A DNA stretch of 64,000 bases from Podarcis muralis (Eukaryota). Below the pieces are notes generated by a model. The model made no database searches. It was not told the origin of the DNA and saw only the letters and a program-made list of their open reading frames with translations. The stretch covers positions 59,830,001 through 59,894,000 of the forward strand of contig NC_135664.1 of the NCBI RefSeq assembly GCF_964188315.1, written 5' to 3'. Position numbers and translations under genes: made by a program. Below are positions 1 through 11,957 of the stretch, piece after piece (positions within the stretch are counted from its first letter, which is position 1; every line of letters begins with the position of its first letter).

Positions 1-429
1 AGACAAACCTCAGACTGAGCAGGAGGAGGCAGAGATGCAGATGGTTTTCATTCTTTCCTTTGTAGGGGATAGGGTTCTCCATTGGTATAGTAGTGGGGCT
101 GATGGGTGTATCTCTATTAGTGCTCAAATTGCATTTTCAGTAGCATTTTTCTTCCCACCCCAGCACAGACTGGATTCCAAATGCATTCAGAGAGAACAAA
201 GCATGACTATTTCACTCTAAATGCATAGTACAGAAGGAGCCAGTTTTCTGTTAACAGAAATAAGCCCATCTTTTTCCTTGTGAAGCACTCATAGACATTT
301 CAATCTCATAGAAGCTGCCAGGTTCTTAAAGGGTTAGACATATAGTACATCAATTAGTTTTTAATGAATGTTTTCAAATAGATTCTTTTCAGCCCATCAG
401 ATATTTATTTCAGGTACTAATTGTTCCAG

Positions 430-1000
430 TTCTATTTTATGATTGAATGGAAAAGATACTGTCACTTGGTGCTATGCTTGCTAAAAGCCCATAATGAAAG
501 GGCTTAGTATCTTGGTGGCCCTATGGGAGAGAGCCATAGTTACCACTCGTGTTAGGGAGCTTATTTGGAGTAAAGTGGATCTCTCTGGGTTGAAGCTTCA
601 AGACTCCAAGACAGCATTGACTTTCTCTCATCACAGATATTCACATAAAAATACCCTTTTAGGTTCTAGCTAATTTCTTTCAAGTCTATTGGAATATCTT
701 GCAAGAGAAGATAAATCAGTATTGACTCTTCTTTGGAATAAAGTAAAAAATAGAGAGTGGTATCCCTTGATAATTCCAGAAATTGGATCAGATAGTTGTG
801 ATTTAATTGAAAAGTCACTGTTAAAGAAGGTACAGAATGTTACCCTGTTGCCAGTAATGCATTCTTTGCATTTGAAAGTCCTTGAAGCTGATATTGAAAT
901 TGTTTTTCTTGGTGTTGTATGGAGCGTTTGAAGATTATAATGTTGCACAGCAGCAAAACTTTCCAGTCCACTTTACGTTGGGTCACTTGAAGAAGGGATA
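430..1000 (-). mobile_element. probable old L1/Tx1 LINE ORF2 C-terminal fragment (boundaries approximate)
   Basis: Frameshifted minus-strand motifs HYWQQGNILY, LIYLLLQD and REIHFTPNKL resemble the W..KGI, IY..L and HR.Y.TP.RL blocks of vertebrate L1 ORF2 tails. Confidence 0.4.
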
Positions 1001-1467
1001 CCTAGGTCCATTATTCTCCTCCCTTTCAAATTGCTGTTACCATCCTGACTGCCTGTTCATTTTAAACAGTGGAGACACTGCAACAGTAGCAGCAACTCAT
1101 TTACCTGCCCAAGAAGTAGTGAGGGGTAGGGAATGATGAGTTGAGAACTCATTGCCTGATTCTTGAGACTAGATTGACCCACTGACTAATCTGCTTTTTG
1201 GCCAGGGTTCTGTGTTCTATGTATTCTCTTTCTTAACTGAGTACTTGAAAAAGATTATTCATATTTATATTTATATGGGCTTAATGTTGCCTCCTTCAAA
1301 GCTGCCCTCCCACCATGCTTGTATCTCATGTCCATGCATGCAAAATTACTTACGCAATAAATGTATTTAGCACTCTTTGGCGCAGTGGCAGGATTTTCTT
1401 CCAAAGTACTGCAATTCCTGATAATGTCTCTTCCTCTCCTACCCTTTCTTCACTCTTTACTCCAAAG

Positions 1468-1611
1468 GTTTTAGTGCCTCTGGTGATCCTTCAGCGATTC
1501 CTGATGGAACTGACAAGACAGGGCAAAGAACCACTTGGGGCACTGCTGAATTTTGGAGTGACCTACCTAGAAGACTATGTTGCAGACTATATCATCCAGC
1601 AAGGTGGATGG
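1468..1611 (+). CDS. BCL2L13: BCL2L13 (Bcl-rambo) penultimate coding exon, BH2 region, 144 nt, phase 0/0
   Basis: Pyrimidine tract and AG at 1466-1467; GTAAGG donor at 1612. Translates VLVPLVILQRFLMELTRQGKEPLGALLNFGVTYLEDYVADYIIQQGGW, matching the recalled vertebrate BCL2L13 exon (same 144-nt length). Confidence 0.97.
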
Positions 1612-3702
1612 GTAAGGAAGTTAAATGTCCAACTGTATCTTCCTCCAGAGTTGATGAACAGATATGTGCATCTCTCTGTACAACAAATGTATTTAAGATT
1701 TACTAACTGTTCAAAGGAAAGCAGTGTTGATTTTTTTGTCCATAGCAGAACATATAGATATTATTTAGGATAATGAACAAGAACAAAGATAACAACATTA
1801 TTTTAAAATTGATCTTAATTAAAATGCATTGGTCTTCATATGAGTTTAGTTCTGTTTTCGTGGGGCAGCAGACTTGAGCTACCTCATAGTCATGAACAAG
1901 TTCAGGCTATGCATTTAGATTGAGCTTTTTTTAATTTTATTGAATTTCTTGGAGTGCTTTAAGTTGTATTTCTCTAGATTCCTGTGTGAAATGGGCTAAG
2001 AAAACATAGGTTCTACTTAAAGTGCTATTTGAAAATTGTGTTTTGAAGGCACAACGAAACCCTCTAAGAATATCCAGGCCCCCTCCCTCCCATCTGTTTC
2101 TTACAACTTGATAGTTGAGCTGGAGCACAGTGAGCATACAGATTATTCCTCTCTGGGAGATAGAACACTGCCAGATTTAAACAGAATTAATCTGGGATTA
2201 GTGAAATGACTCCCAAGTTGTTTTTATTCTGAAAGTAAAGCTGGTCAGTGGTTAGAAAATCTAAATAGCAAAAACATACTAATAACCTTTAAAATTATAT
2301 ATTTTTCATATTTTGATTTTGTAAAGTGTACGAGGAGGGTCCAAACAGTGGTTTTACCAGGGGCTTTCCCCTCGCCCTCATCTCCTTTGTGCCCTTATTT
2401 TCTCATAAGAATAAATATGTTTCTTGACTGTGCAAATTGCATATTTGCCTGGTGCAAGAGCTGGTGTTTAGATTATGCCTTTATGACTTCCACTTCCTGC
2501 AGAATAAACAATGACTCCTACATCTGGTTATGCTTTGGGCCTTGATTTAATGAAATGTCTTAGATTTTTTGTTTTGGCCAGTAGATAACTTCTTGCATTG
2601 TGTCCTCCTGTTTCTTTTGATGTTTTGGTACCCTCAGAAGACTGTGTTCCATACCTCAACGACTTCTGTAAAGCCTTTTATAAACATGCGTGTCACAATG
2701 CATAGTTGCTTCTGAAAACACACAGCAGCCTAGCTGTGTCTAAGAGGGAGGGAATGTTCACTGTGTGACTGTTTGTAGTTGACTTGGCAGTTCCATGAAC
2801 CATGCACTTATCTATTCACCTCTAGCCAGGCATAAAATTGGACTGACAGAAGCTGCATAACCAACAGGGCAGAGCTATTTTTGAAATGGTGCAGGAAAGG
2901 TGAAGAAAGAATTGAAATGGTGATAATTTTTAAACTAAATAAAAGTTGCCATGATTAACTACTCTGTGGTTAAGAGTAAGATCTTGGGTATTTTGATCTT
3001 GATCTTCATGTCATTATGCACAAGGTTCAGTTTTGTGGCTGGTACCTAGTCTTATTTTGATTTGGTTTAACAAATTTGTGTTTTAAGAAACTGAGACTGC
3101 AATATTTCAAGTTTTCCTGAAACATGGTACTAACATTAAGCAAGGCTTTTTGGTCGTGTTTAAATACTTGAATAGGGAAACTTCAAATTAATTGCTCTGT
3201 TTGGAAGCTCAGAATGCACAGCAAATGTTCTTGCTGGTCTTCACTAATGGTAGAGCAGCAGAATTGGAGAATTAGCTGTGGTACTGCCCCTGAGCTGTTT
3301 AATCCCAATGTGTAAGGTTCAGCTAGACCTCCTAAATTTCCAGTCATGGTGAACCTGTCCAAGGAAGAAGAAACAACAATGTGTATTGGGGGGTAGGAGA
3401 TAGCTTAAAAGCTGTTTAAAGACTAAAATCACTTAAATGTTCAGCTACTCCAGCAGAGGCAAGGAATGGATTAGTTAAGAGCATCTAACTCTCTGTGTTC
3501 CATTAGTCATTAAAGAGTATGTCATTAGGGTCTCCCAATTCCTTTCACAAAAGTCACAAATAGTCTTTCTATAGATTTAGAGCTTTGTGAAAACACCAGG
3601 TCTTTCTACAGAGGAAGCAGTGGCAAAAATGGTACAGCCTCAGGAGCTTTAGTAAGTGGAAATAATCCAGACCTAATGAGCTATTTTGTAGGAAAATAAT
3701 TA

Positions 3703-4059
3703 AAGGTAAAGGTACCCCTGCCCGTACGGGCCAGTCTTGACAGACTCTAGGGTTGTGTGCCCATTTCACTTAAGAGGCCGGGGGCCAGCGCTGTCTGGAG
3801 ACACTTCCGGGTCACGTGGCCAGCGTGACAAAGCTGCATCTGGCGAGCCAGCGCAGCACACGGAATGCCATTTACCTTCCCGCCAGTAAGCGGTCCCTAT
3901 TTATCTACTTGCACCTGGGGGTGCTTTCGAACTGCTAGGTTGGCAGGCGCTGGGACCGAGCAGCGGGAGTGCACCCCGCCACGGGGATTCGAACCGCCGA
4001 CCTTTTGATCGGCAAGCCCTAGGCGCTGAGGCTTTTACCCACAGCGCCACCCGCGTCCC
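3703..4059 (-). mobile_element. full-length Sauria (Squam1) SINE with 13-bp TSD
   Basis: tRNA-like head gggacgcgggtggcgctgtgggtaaaag on minus, (ACCTTT)n tail; TSD AGGAAAATAATTA at 3690-3702 and 4060-4072. Confidence 0.95.
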
Positions 4060-7000
4060 AGGAAAATAATTAGACTGAAGTAAAAAATAGTCATGCAACA
4101 TGGAACACACTTGGAGCAATAAGATACTACAAACTGAATATATAGAAACTTAATATTGGATTCATCACCCAGTGCCATCATTGTGTAATGGAACGTCAGT
4201 CAAGAGTAGATTTCCTGATATTTGGAGGATTTTTGCAGAAATGGCAACCTTTAAGAAGAAGATTGGTTCTGGGAATAAGTCCCATAGAACTCAGCTGGGC
4301 TTGTTTCTAAATAGACCTGCATAGGATTATGCTGCAAGACTATAAAAGTTAAATGTAGCACATTTAAAAAGATAATGTCCTCCTTTTCATTGTTCTGATG
4401 GTTTCCAGACATTTTTTCTATGTTGCTTTTCCTTTTCTAATGAGAAGTTGTGTTGCACACATTTTGAGTGTGAGCAGTGAGTAACGAGTAACGTTCTTCA
4501 GTGAAATCTGCATTAAGTCCGCTTTTGTAGTAATTTCAATATCAGGAAGAATCAAAATGCAGTTGCAGTTTCTAAGTTCTCATAAAGTTTTGCATATGTA
4601 AGCAATAGCTTCTGACCTAAAAGAAACAGAGTCATGCAATGTTGTTGGTTACTGAACTTGAAAAAGATTATAAGAACAATGCAGAATATATACTTTTGCT
4701 TTACTTCTCTTCTTGTAAGGCAGTAGATTGGTTTGCTTTGAATTCATTTTCAAGGTAGCAGTGTACATCTTTAATCATAAGAGGCAGAGATCTAGCTCTG
4801 AGCATTTTTGTAGACATAGCTTGCTCTCTAGACATTGTTGATGGAAACCAGAAGAGTCACAGAAAGGTTCCATGTTTTCCACTGGGTCAAAACAAAAAAC
4901 GTTCATTCTAATTTGGCAGCAGCTTAGCTCCACAGCTTGCCCTGAAGCTGTATTAGGGCACAAACAAATTGATGTGCAGTGCGCATACTCCCTCCCCTTT
5001 CTCTGTTCACTCTCCCTCTGTTTGCTGTGTCTGCTGCATCAGAAACTTCTCTTGGAAAAGTGCAGAGTAAGAACAGTCAGTTTGGGTAAGACTTTACTAC
5101 TGAAGTAGTATAATTATGCTTTAAAAGTGTCAACCTTGTCCTAATTTCCAGTGTTTCATCCACATTGAAAAGGACTTGTGGGAGATCTGAGAAGAATAGA
5201 GATGACTAACTATTTTTGCTTAAAAGTTGTTATTCTGCTTTGTCACCAGTTTACATGCTTGTGGCTTGCTCTGCTTTAATAATATCTGCATGAAAGTATA
5301 ATTAAGTGCCTTTGGAAACTTGCACATCCATTTGACTTGTAAAAAGCGAACTAGAAGCTGCAATGCACAATTAAAAGTCTAAAGTATTGCTTTCCTTGCA
5401 ATTGCGATTGTGATTTATAGAATGATACGGAAAGCAGGCTACTTTCCCTAGTGCTTGACTCTGGGTTTTATTTTCAGTCTTGGCATTGTTGTTGTCTTTA
5501 GAAGTGTAAAGTAGTCATTCAGTTTCTAAAACTGAAGTTGGTGGTAAGTAGGTGTGTTTTAGACTCTGATGGTAGAGGTATAAGAACAAAATTCATTTCC
5601 GTTTTGAACTTGATAATTGCATTCTTATTAGAAAGACAACCAGGATCTTGCACTAAGGTTTGTTTGCTTAACAAAATTTATGTTCTTCTTCAGTGTAGTA
5701 AAACCTCTAAGCATCTTGCTCTTCAGACTATTAATAGTGGCATACTTTCAGTGAAAAAACAAAATTGTCTGGTTCTTTATTCCAAGATTTGACTCTGGAT
5801 GACAAGGGACAAATCTTTAGGCAATGTATTAAAATAGCAGCATGCCTTGTTGGAGAGTGTGTTTTGTAAGAGAGTAAAAGAATGTACCTTTATTCAGACT
5901 TCACTTGCTTACAGAAGTGAGATAATGGAATCCAGGATAACATAATGGATGGTGTAATTTAAAAATAATAATTGCTGGAAGGGCTATATCAATAAATGCT
6001 AGCTGGAGATTTGTAGGCTTGTGAGACATTATTGACTTTTATAAAGGAGTCTACTGCAGATTTCAGTATTAGATAACAATTCCTGTTTTAGATGGCTTAC
6101 CTCTTGACTTAGTTTCTCCTCTCTGCTTGAAAATGGAATATTGTGGGCTGTAATATGTAGTACTGTACATAACACTGTAGTGTTGCTTGCACAGACTAAC
6201 CGCTCCTGGAAGGAGAGTTCCTGTGTCTTTTTGTATGCTTTTCTAAGTGAAATGAGCAAGTGTTTGTTTTTAGCAGCATGGGTAGCGTGACTGATTAATT
6301 TTAGATCTACCTGATACTTAGCATTTTTACTCTTGACTGTTTTGAAGTAGTAAAACAAATCATTGGGATCCTGCATATGCAGTTTAAATTTGTTTATATT
6401 TGTAACCTGTTCCTATGTCCAAGGCTCAGGACAGTGAATGAAAAGCATAAGAATCCTATTAGGACAAAATAAAGTTGGGCTTAGAGAAGACTCCATAACC
6501 TTCAGCACTCTCTTACTCCACTGCATGCTAGAGACAGCTTCACCCACCTTTCTCGGTGCCTGCTATCCCACACACTTACTCTTCTGTGTCTCAACCCCTT
6601 CCATGGTGTATATTTCTCCCTCTTATTGAGGTTGTTCCTACTCCTTCAGCTGACACCTAGGGGAGCAGCCTCTTAACCTATTCTTCTCCCCACCACCCCC
6701 AAGCCTGGAAAGCCAACCTCTTCAGGAGCCTGCACTCTCAAATTTGAGATTGTCTAAGATGTCTTTTCCTTCATTGCTACTTAATATTCCATGGCTCTAT
6801 CTTTTCCATTATTTCTTTTTTTAACTGCTAATTCCTGGCACATTTGAAAGCTGTTAAACTGCACTCTGAAGACCTTTGTGTGACCTTCAGATAAGAACAG
6901 CACTGTTGATGTACGAAGATTTAGTATAACACCTCAAGTGGCATAAAATAACCTGTTCTGTGGATCATGTGGTACAGATAAAAGGATTCTGTAGCCTGTG

Positions 7001-7112
7001 GTGCAGTTTGTGCTGAAATGGAGGTAACAACAACTTTCCTTTATGAAGCTAAGAAATCTATTTGAGTAGTATTGCTGGCTAGATGTAACTGAGAATTCCA
7101 CACTCATTGTTG

Positions 7113-7235
7113 GGGAAGGGCTGTAGCTCAGTGGTAGAGCACATGTTCTGCGTGTAAAAGCAAGTCAGTGTCAACAGTACTAAGAAAGATGGACCCAATG
7201 ATCTGACTTGTTATAAGGCAACTTACAATGTTCTC
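7113..7235 (+). mobile_element. internally deleted tRNA-derived squamate SINE
   Basis: A-box head gggaagggctgtagctcagtggtagagc joined to a gatggacc-aatg-tctgact-tataaggca-ctt tail. Confidence 0.6.
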
Positions 7236-7799
7236 ATTTGTAGTATACACAGCTTAATGTTATTCATCTTGGGGCATAATCTTTCAAGTCAGATACTACA
7301 TTATTTAGTGAAACTGCCTAGATAATTGCACCAGAGTGTCTGTCTTCAAAAATTAGCAAAATTGTTTTGCAGAAACTTAGTATTTGTAGAATGATCTTCC
7401 CTGGGCAAGTTTTGTGTCCTCAATTAAGTAAAATACAGGGCCAATAAGGTTAAGTTGTATGAAACAATATAAGCGAAATGACACTGGGAGTGATATTAAT
7501 TGAACTCAACTCTCTAGAACTAATATTTCAGAAGTTAGGCCTCTGGTGCCTAACACATTTTTTATTCTTTCTTAGTATTGATTTATTTTAAAACATACTC
7601 TACTTGTTTTTATTTATTTTTTAAAAAAACCTACTAAAATATCTTTGATGGCAAAACCTCTTTGCTGCTACCTGTGCAGACCTCTTCTCAATATTCCTTT
7701 GGTTTTCTGATGCAGGGTCATTCTTGATTAGAGTATCACAAACATCTGATGGGAGGGTCTGTCTGCATTATAGTGCTCTGTGTTCTGATTTTTGTTTTA

Positions 7800-8130
7800 C
7801 ATGACTCTGGTGCTGAAGCAAGGGTGAATAGTGCAAGCTAGCCTGGAGCTATGAAGAGGGCAGAGGAGTGGGAACAATTCATAGCAGAATAACATGTACT
7901 CTTCACCATAAAGCTCCTGAGCTCATGAGACAGCTTGATCAGCACGGAAAGAGGGTGGATGGGGATTTACTGAGTAATTACTTTCTGTGTGGCGGCAGTC
8001 CAGCCCCTGATGCAGCTTTTTGCATGTGCCACATTCCATTAGCACAGATGGATAGTTGTGAAAGGCAGCCATCAACAGAAGCTCTGAGAGCTTTGCTTGA
8101 AGGATGCCTGAGTGGTTCTGGTTAGCAATG
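7800..8130 (+). mobile_element. possible highly decayed L1/Tx1 ORF2 fragment
   Basis: QFIAE*HVLFTIKLL followed in another frame by ARKEGGWGF, resembling FIW..K.PRIKL..L..PK.EGGLGLP. Confidence 0.3.
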
Positions 8131-8394
8131 CTCCAATATTCTTTGTATATTAACATCATCTCTCTATACAGATACCAGATTATTATTTTTTTTTTTAAAA
8201 CGTTCAATTAATTCAAATAGGCTTTGAATTTTTATAAGTTATGAAGAATTTCTGTTATGTCTATGGGTGACTCTTGAGGAATAGATTTCTAGAAATAAAA
8301 AAGTAACTCCTATGCAGTACAATTTCAGTTGAGGCACTTTCCTAATAGAATCAGCACTCACCATAGAGTATGTGAGAGATTGCTACAGAACTAC

Positions 8395-8490
8395 AGTTGT
8401 ACCTTGGAAGTCAAACGGAATCCGTCCTGGAAGTCCGTTCAACTTCCAAAATGTTCGGGAACCAAGGCACAGCTTCCGATTGGCTGCATG
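8395..8490. mobile_element. truncated Tc1/mariner (Tigger-like) MITE, same family as 48124 and 55496
   Basis: TA-cagttgtaccttggaagtcaaacggaatcc terminus. Confidence 0.75.
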
Positions 8491-8817
8491 TGTATTGTGA
8501 AATAATGTACATCAGATTCATGTGTTATGCTCATAACAGTCCTGTGAAATAGGTTAGGGTGAGTGATCCTGACTTTTGTGTGCATGCACACACATAGAAT
8601 TTCATAATAGTAGAGAACTGAATCCAGGTCTTTCCCCCATATCTAAGTACAATACTTTTGTCTCAAACCAGACAGAAGACAATTACTGTTCAATACTTAG
8701 TTTTGACAATATGCAAACCTCTTTAAGTATTAAAGTTTTGTTGCCTCTCACCCCCCCAATAATTGCATGCATCTGCACTCTGATGGAAACCTGTTCTATC
8801 CATTGGCTGTTCAACTA

Positions 8818-9180
8818 CCGTATTTTTCGTCCTATAGGACGCACCAGCCCGTAGGACGCACCTAGGGTTTTTTTTGGGGGGGGGGGGAATAAAGAAAAAA
8901 AATATATTCCCCCCCCCCCCCAGCCGCGGCTTCAGCGCGCCCCGCGCTCCGTGCAGCAGGCTGCTATCCGCAGCCTAGGGAGCCCTGCGGGAACTCCCGC
9001 GGGCTCCCCAGGCTTGCTGATAGCTTCCTGAAGCCTGGAGAGCGAGAGGGGTCGGTGCGCACCGACCCCTCTCGCTCTCCAAGCTTCAGCGAAAGCCTGC
9101 ATTCGCCCCATAGGACGCACACAGATTTCCCCTTCATTTTTGGAGGGGAAAAAGTGCGTCCTATAGGGCGAAAAATACGG
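8818..9180. mobile_element. pogo/Tc2-like MITE, TA TSD
   Basis: TIR CCGTATTTTTCG(T/C)CCTATAGGACGCAC at both ends, flanked by TA; 125 nt upstream of the BCL2L13 last acceptor. Confidence 0.92.
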
Positions 9181-9305
9181 TATATGTAGCAATTATACTT
9201 TCTCTGGGTCATTCTGAATTAAGGCTACCATTCTTCTGTAATGTGGTTGTATCATGTAAAATTAAGTGCTGCTAACTTCATTGATTATGTGCATTTTTCT
9301 TCTAG

Positions 9306-10118
9306 GGTACTGTTTTTAGTTTGGATTCTGAAGAAGAGGAGTACCACGGAATAATTGCCGAAGATAGCAATGACATCTACATCCTAACTAGTGACAACTC
9401 AGGCCAGGTGAGCCCTCCTGAGTCACCCACAGTGACAACATCTTGGCAGTCGGAGAGCTTGCCAGTTTCTTTGTCGGCTAGTCAGAGTTGGCATACAGAG
9501 AGCTTACCTGTCTCGTTGGGGCCTGAGTCTTGGCAGCAAGTGGCTATGGATCCTGAAGAAGTGAAGAGTTTGGACAGCAATGGAGGTGGGGAAGAAAGGA
9601 GTGAAAATAACTCTTCAAACTCTGATATTGTTCATGTTGAAAAGGAGGAGATACCAGAGGGGGTTGAGGAAACAGTGGTGCCAGAAGTGGTCCTGCAGGC
9701 TGACCCTGCAAAGTCTGCTTCCCCAGAACCTCCAACTGCATTGCTGGAGCCAGAAGCTGAAATTGTGTCTCTTAAAAAGCCAGGCTCCTCTGCACCTTCA
9801 CATAAGGAACACCAGAAAGAGGGGAAAGAGGTGCTGCTGCCAGAACCTGAAGCTCCAGCCTTGAGTAAACCTGTCCAGCAATTAACTCAGTCAGAAGAAA
9901 AAGCTACCCCCAAACCTGAAAGAATACTGCCTCCAGAAGAAGAAATAAAGGCCAGAAAGGGAAGCTATTCTGAAGAAAAGGAAGAGAAGACTCCTGCTGG
10001 AGAGGAGAAACCCATCCTCTTACCAGAAGGCAAATCAATTCTACTATATGGTGGGGCAGCTGCAGTGGCCATCCTAGCTGTGGCAGTAGGTGTAGCACTA
10101 GCATTGAGGAAGAAGTAG
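9306..10118 (+). CDS. BCL2L13: BCL2L13 terminal coding exon: acidic linker, SWxxESLPVSL repeats, LIR (WQQV), C-terminal TM anchor
   Basis: Acceptor ttttcttctag| at 9304-9305. GTVFSLDSEEEEYHGIIAEDSNDIYIL...GPESWQQVAMDPEE...GKSILLYGGAAAVAILAVAVGVALALRKK*; in frame with ORF 9321-10118. Confidence 0.98.
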   Translation, partial: GTVFSLDSEEEEYHGIIAEDSNDIYILTSDNSGQVSPPESPTVTTSWQSESLPVSLSASQSWHTESLPVSLGPESWQQVAMDPEEVKSLDSNGGGEERSENNSSNSDIVHVEKEEIPEGVEETVVPEVVLQADPAKSASPEPPTALLEPEAEIVSLKKPGSSAPSHKEHQKEGKEVLLPEPEAPALSKPVQQLTQSEEKATPKPERILPPEEEIKARKGSYSEEKEEKTPAGEEKPILLPEGKSILLYGGAAAVAILAVAVGVALALRKK

Positions 10119-10613
10119 TGAATGCCTCTCCTCAAGGAGGTAGCGCCTGAATCTACACTTAGTTGCATTGGCTGAGGGTTGTGGTGCCTGCTGTTAATGG
10201 GAAATTCATGTAGCAAAAAGGGTGATGGGGTAAAGGTACACTATAAAGCTAAGCCTGGGGACAATCATGTTTTTAGTGGACTGGTATCGGATCTTCCTGT
10301 TTAACATATAGGGGTGTCATTTTGAAAACCCCTGCACATTTAATATGTATGTATAACTGAGAAATGGGGATGCTTATACACTGGAAACCGGCACAGAACA
10401 TTCCAGGGGAAAAGGAAAGTTTGTTATCCCTGGAAATTTCCCTTCCATAAGCTGCTCTTGCAGCTTCTTGGTTCCCCTTTAACCTCTTGAATGAGAGGCT
10501 CAGTGTAGCATGAGGTTGGTAGCTCTTTTGTCTCGGCTTCCTCAGGTATTGCACAGCTCCTCTTGACCTCCCAGATCTCTTTTAAACCCCAGTGGGTTAG
10601 TGCTTCTTCAATA

Positions 10614-10824
10614 CAGTGGTACCTCGGGTTAAGAACTTCTTTCTGGAGGTCTGTTCTTAACCTGAAACTGTTCTTAACCTGAGGTACCACTTTAGCTAAT
10701 GGGGCCTCCCGCTGCCACTGCGCGATTTCTGTTCTCATCCTGAAGCAAAGTTCTTAACCTGAAGTACTATTTCTGGGTTAGCGGAGTCTGTAACCTGAAG
10801 CGTCTGTAACCCGAGGTACCACTG
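10614..10824. mobile_element. Tc1/mariner (Tigger-like) MITE in BCL2L13 3'UTR
   Basis: TA-CAGTGGTACCTCGGGTT ... AACCCGAGGTACCACTG-TA. Confidence 0.92.
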
Positions 10825-11957
10825 TACCTCTTTGCTTTATACCTTTTCTAACCCCCCCCCCCATATATATTTAATGAAATTTTTAAAGCTCTTTAATGTT
10901 GGGTGGGTAAAGCAATAGTCTCCCATACAGGGATGAAATTATAAGAGTTTGGTGGGAAGACATATTCTTTGATCCCTCATGTATCTGATCTCAGCTACTT
11001 TTGTGTTTTCCTTCTCCCTTTTAATGCATCCTGTTTTTTATATCTGTTTAGTTATCAAAGAGACCCTTTTATCATTCTGATGAATAAAAAGGAGAAATGT
11101 TCAGCAGTTGTAAGCTGAACTGGCACCACTTGCAAAGTCAAAATATAAGCACCTGCTTTGGGCATCTTTTCCCTGTTGTGTTTGCACAAATTCAAGAGTG
11201 AAAGACGCTTAGCCTTAAATTGACCTTGACCACTGATAAAAAGCCAAGCACAAGGTCTTCAAAGAAACAAATTCACATAGTTCAACCGAAGCAGCATTGT
11301 GCTGTCCCTCCCAGTTGTTTGCCTGGTTTGGGGCTGTAGAGTGAATGGTGACCTGAAAGCCAGTAAGTCATGTAAACTTGCCTGATAACCTGTGGAAAGT
11401 TTATTTTTAATCCAGCCAGGTATGATTTTTACCCAAGAGGAATGAAATAAGATATGTCTTAACAGTGTTTGGTGCTGTGTGTGTGTGATGGAAACAAAAT
11501 TTAAATATTATTACTCTGTTGGTGTTTGCTAGGTCTATGGAGTGGAAGCTCTCGTGTCCTTCAAGTGATTGCTGCAGCTTGTTTGGGCTGCTGAGATGTG
11601 TATGAACCAAAAGTAAAAAAATAAATGACCTTTTCCAAACTTTTTAAAATATCCAAGCTCCACCATAGTAGACATATTCAAACTTTCCCCCTCATTATTC
11701 TGCTAACCAAAGGATGCCGAATGAACCCCTCCCCCCCTCTCCTGGTGTACTAATTGGATATGATTACCTGTCTGGCAATCAGGTACCTCTTTACTATAGT
11801 GCTATTTAGGAATGTGAAAGTGTTGAGTAGTGGTTTTCTCTAGGTCCTTGCCATAGCTGCCTTTTCCAGTTACCCTCTGCAGAACAGATGATCAGGAAAT
11901 TCCTAAGATTCCCTTCAACCACATTTGTAGGCTAAACTTCTCCATTCATGTATTGTA

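Noticed and set aside
484-1050. Plus-strand near-continuous frame (about 150 codons with one stop; KPIMKGLSIL...LEYLAREDKSVLTLLWNKVK...), considered as an endogenous viral element or nested gene
   Set aside because: No recognisable viral or cellular motif; the opposite strand shows scattered L1 ORF2-like motifs, which explains it better. A tBLASTx/HMM search would settle it.
1133-1194. ATGATGA...CTGA...CTGA resembling a C/D-box snoRNA
   Set aside because: No terminal stem and no evident rRNA-complementary guide; such boxes are frequent by chance.
6029-6376. 115-aa minus-strand ORF with a coiled-coil-like end (KLSQEVSHLKQELL)
   Set aside because: No splice or start context and no homology recognised; a few ORFs of this length are expected by chance in 64 kb over six frames.
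7832-8125. 98-codon plus-strand ORF with a BH3-like look (LMRQLDQHGKRVD)
   Set aside because: Lacks the invariant BH3 Asp after Gly and has no good acceptor; another frame carries an L1-like KEGGWG motif.
9544-10216. Alternative-frame and antisense ORFs overlapping the BCL2L13 last exon
   Set aside because: By-products of Glu/Pro/Lys codon bias in a real coding exon.
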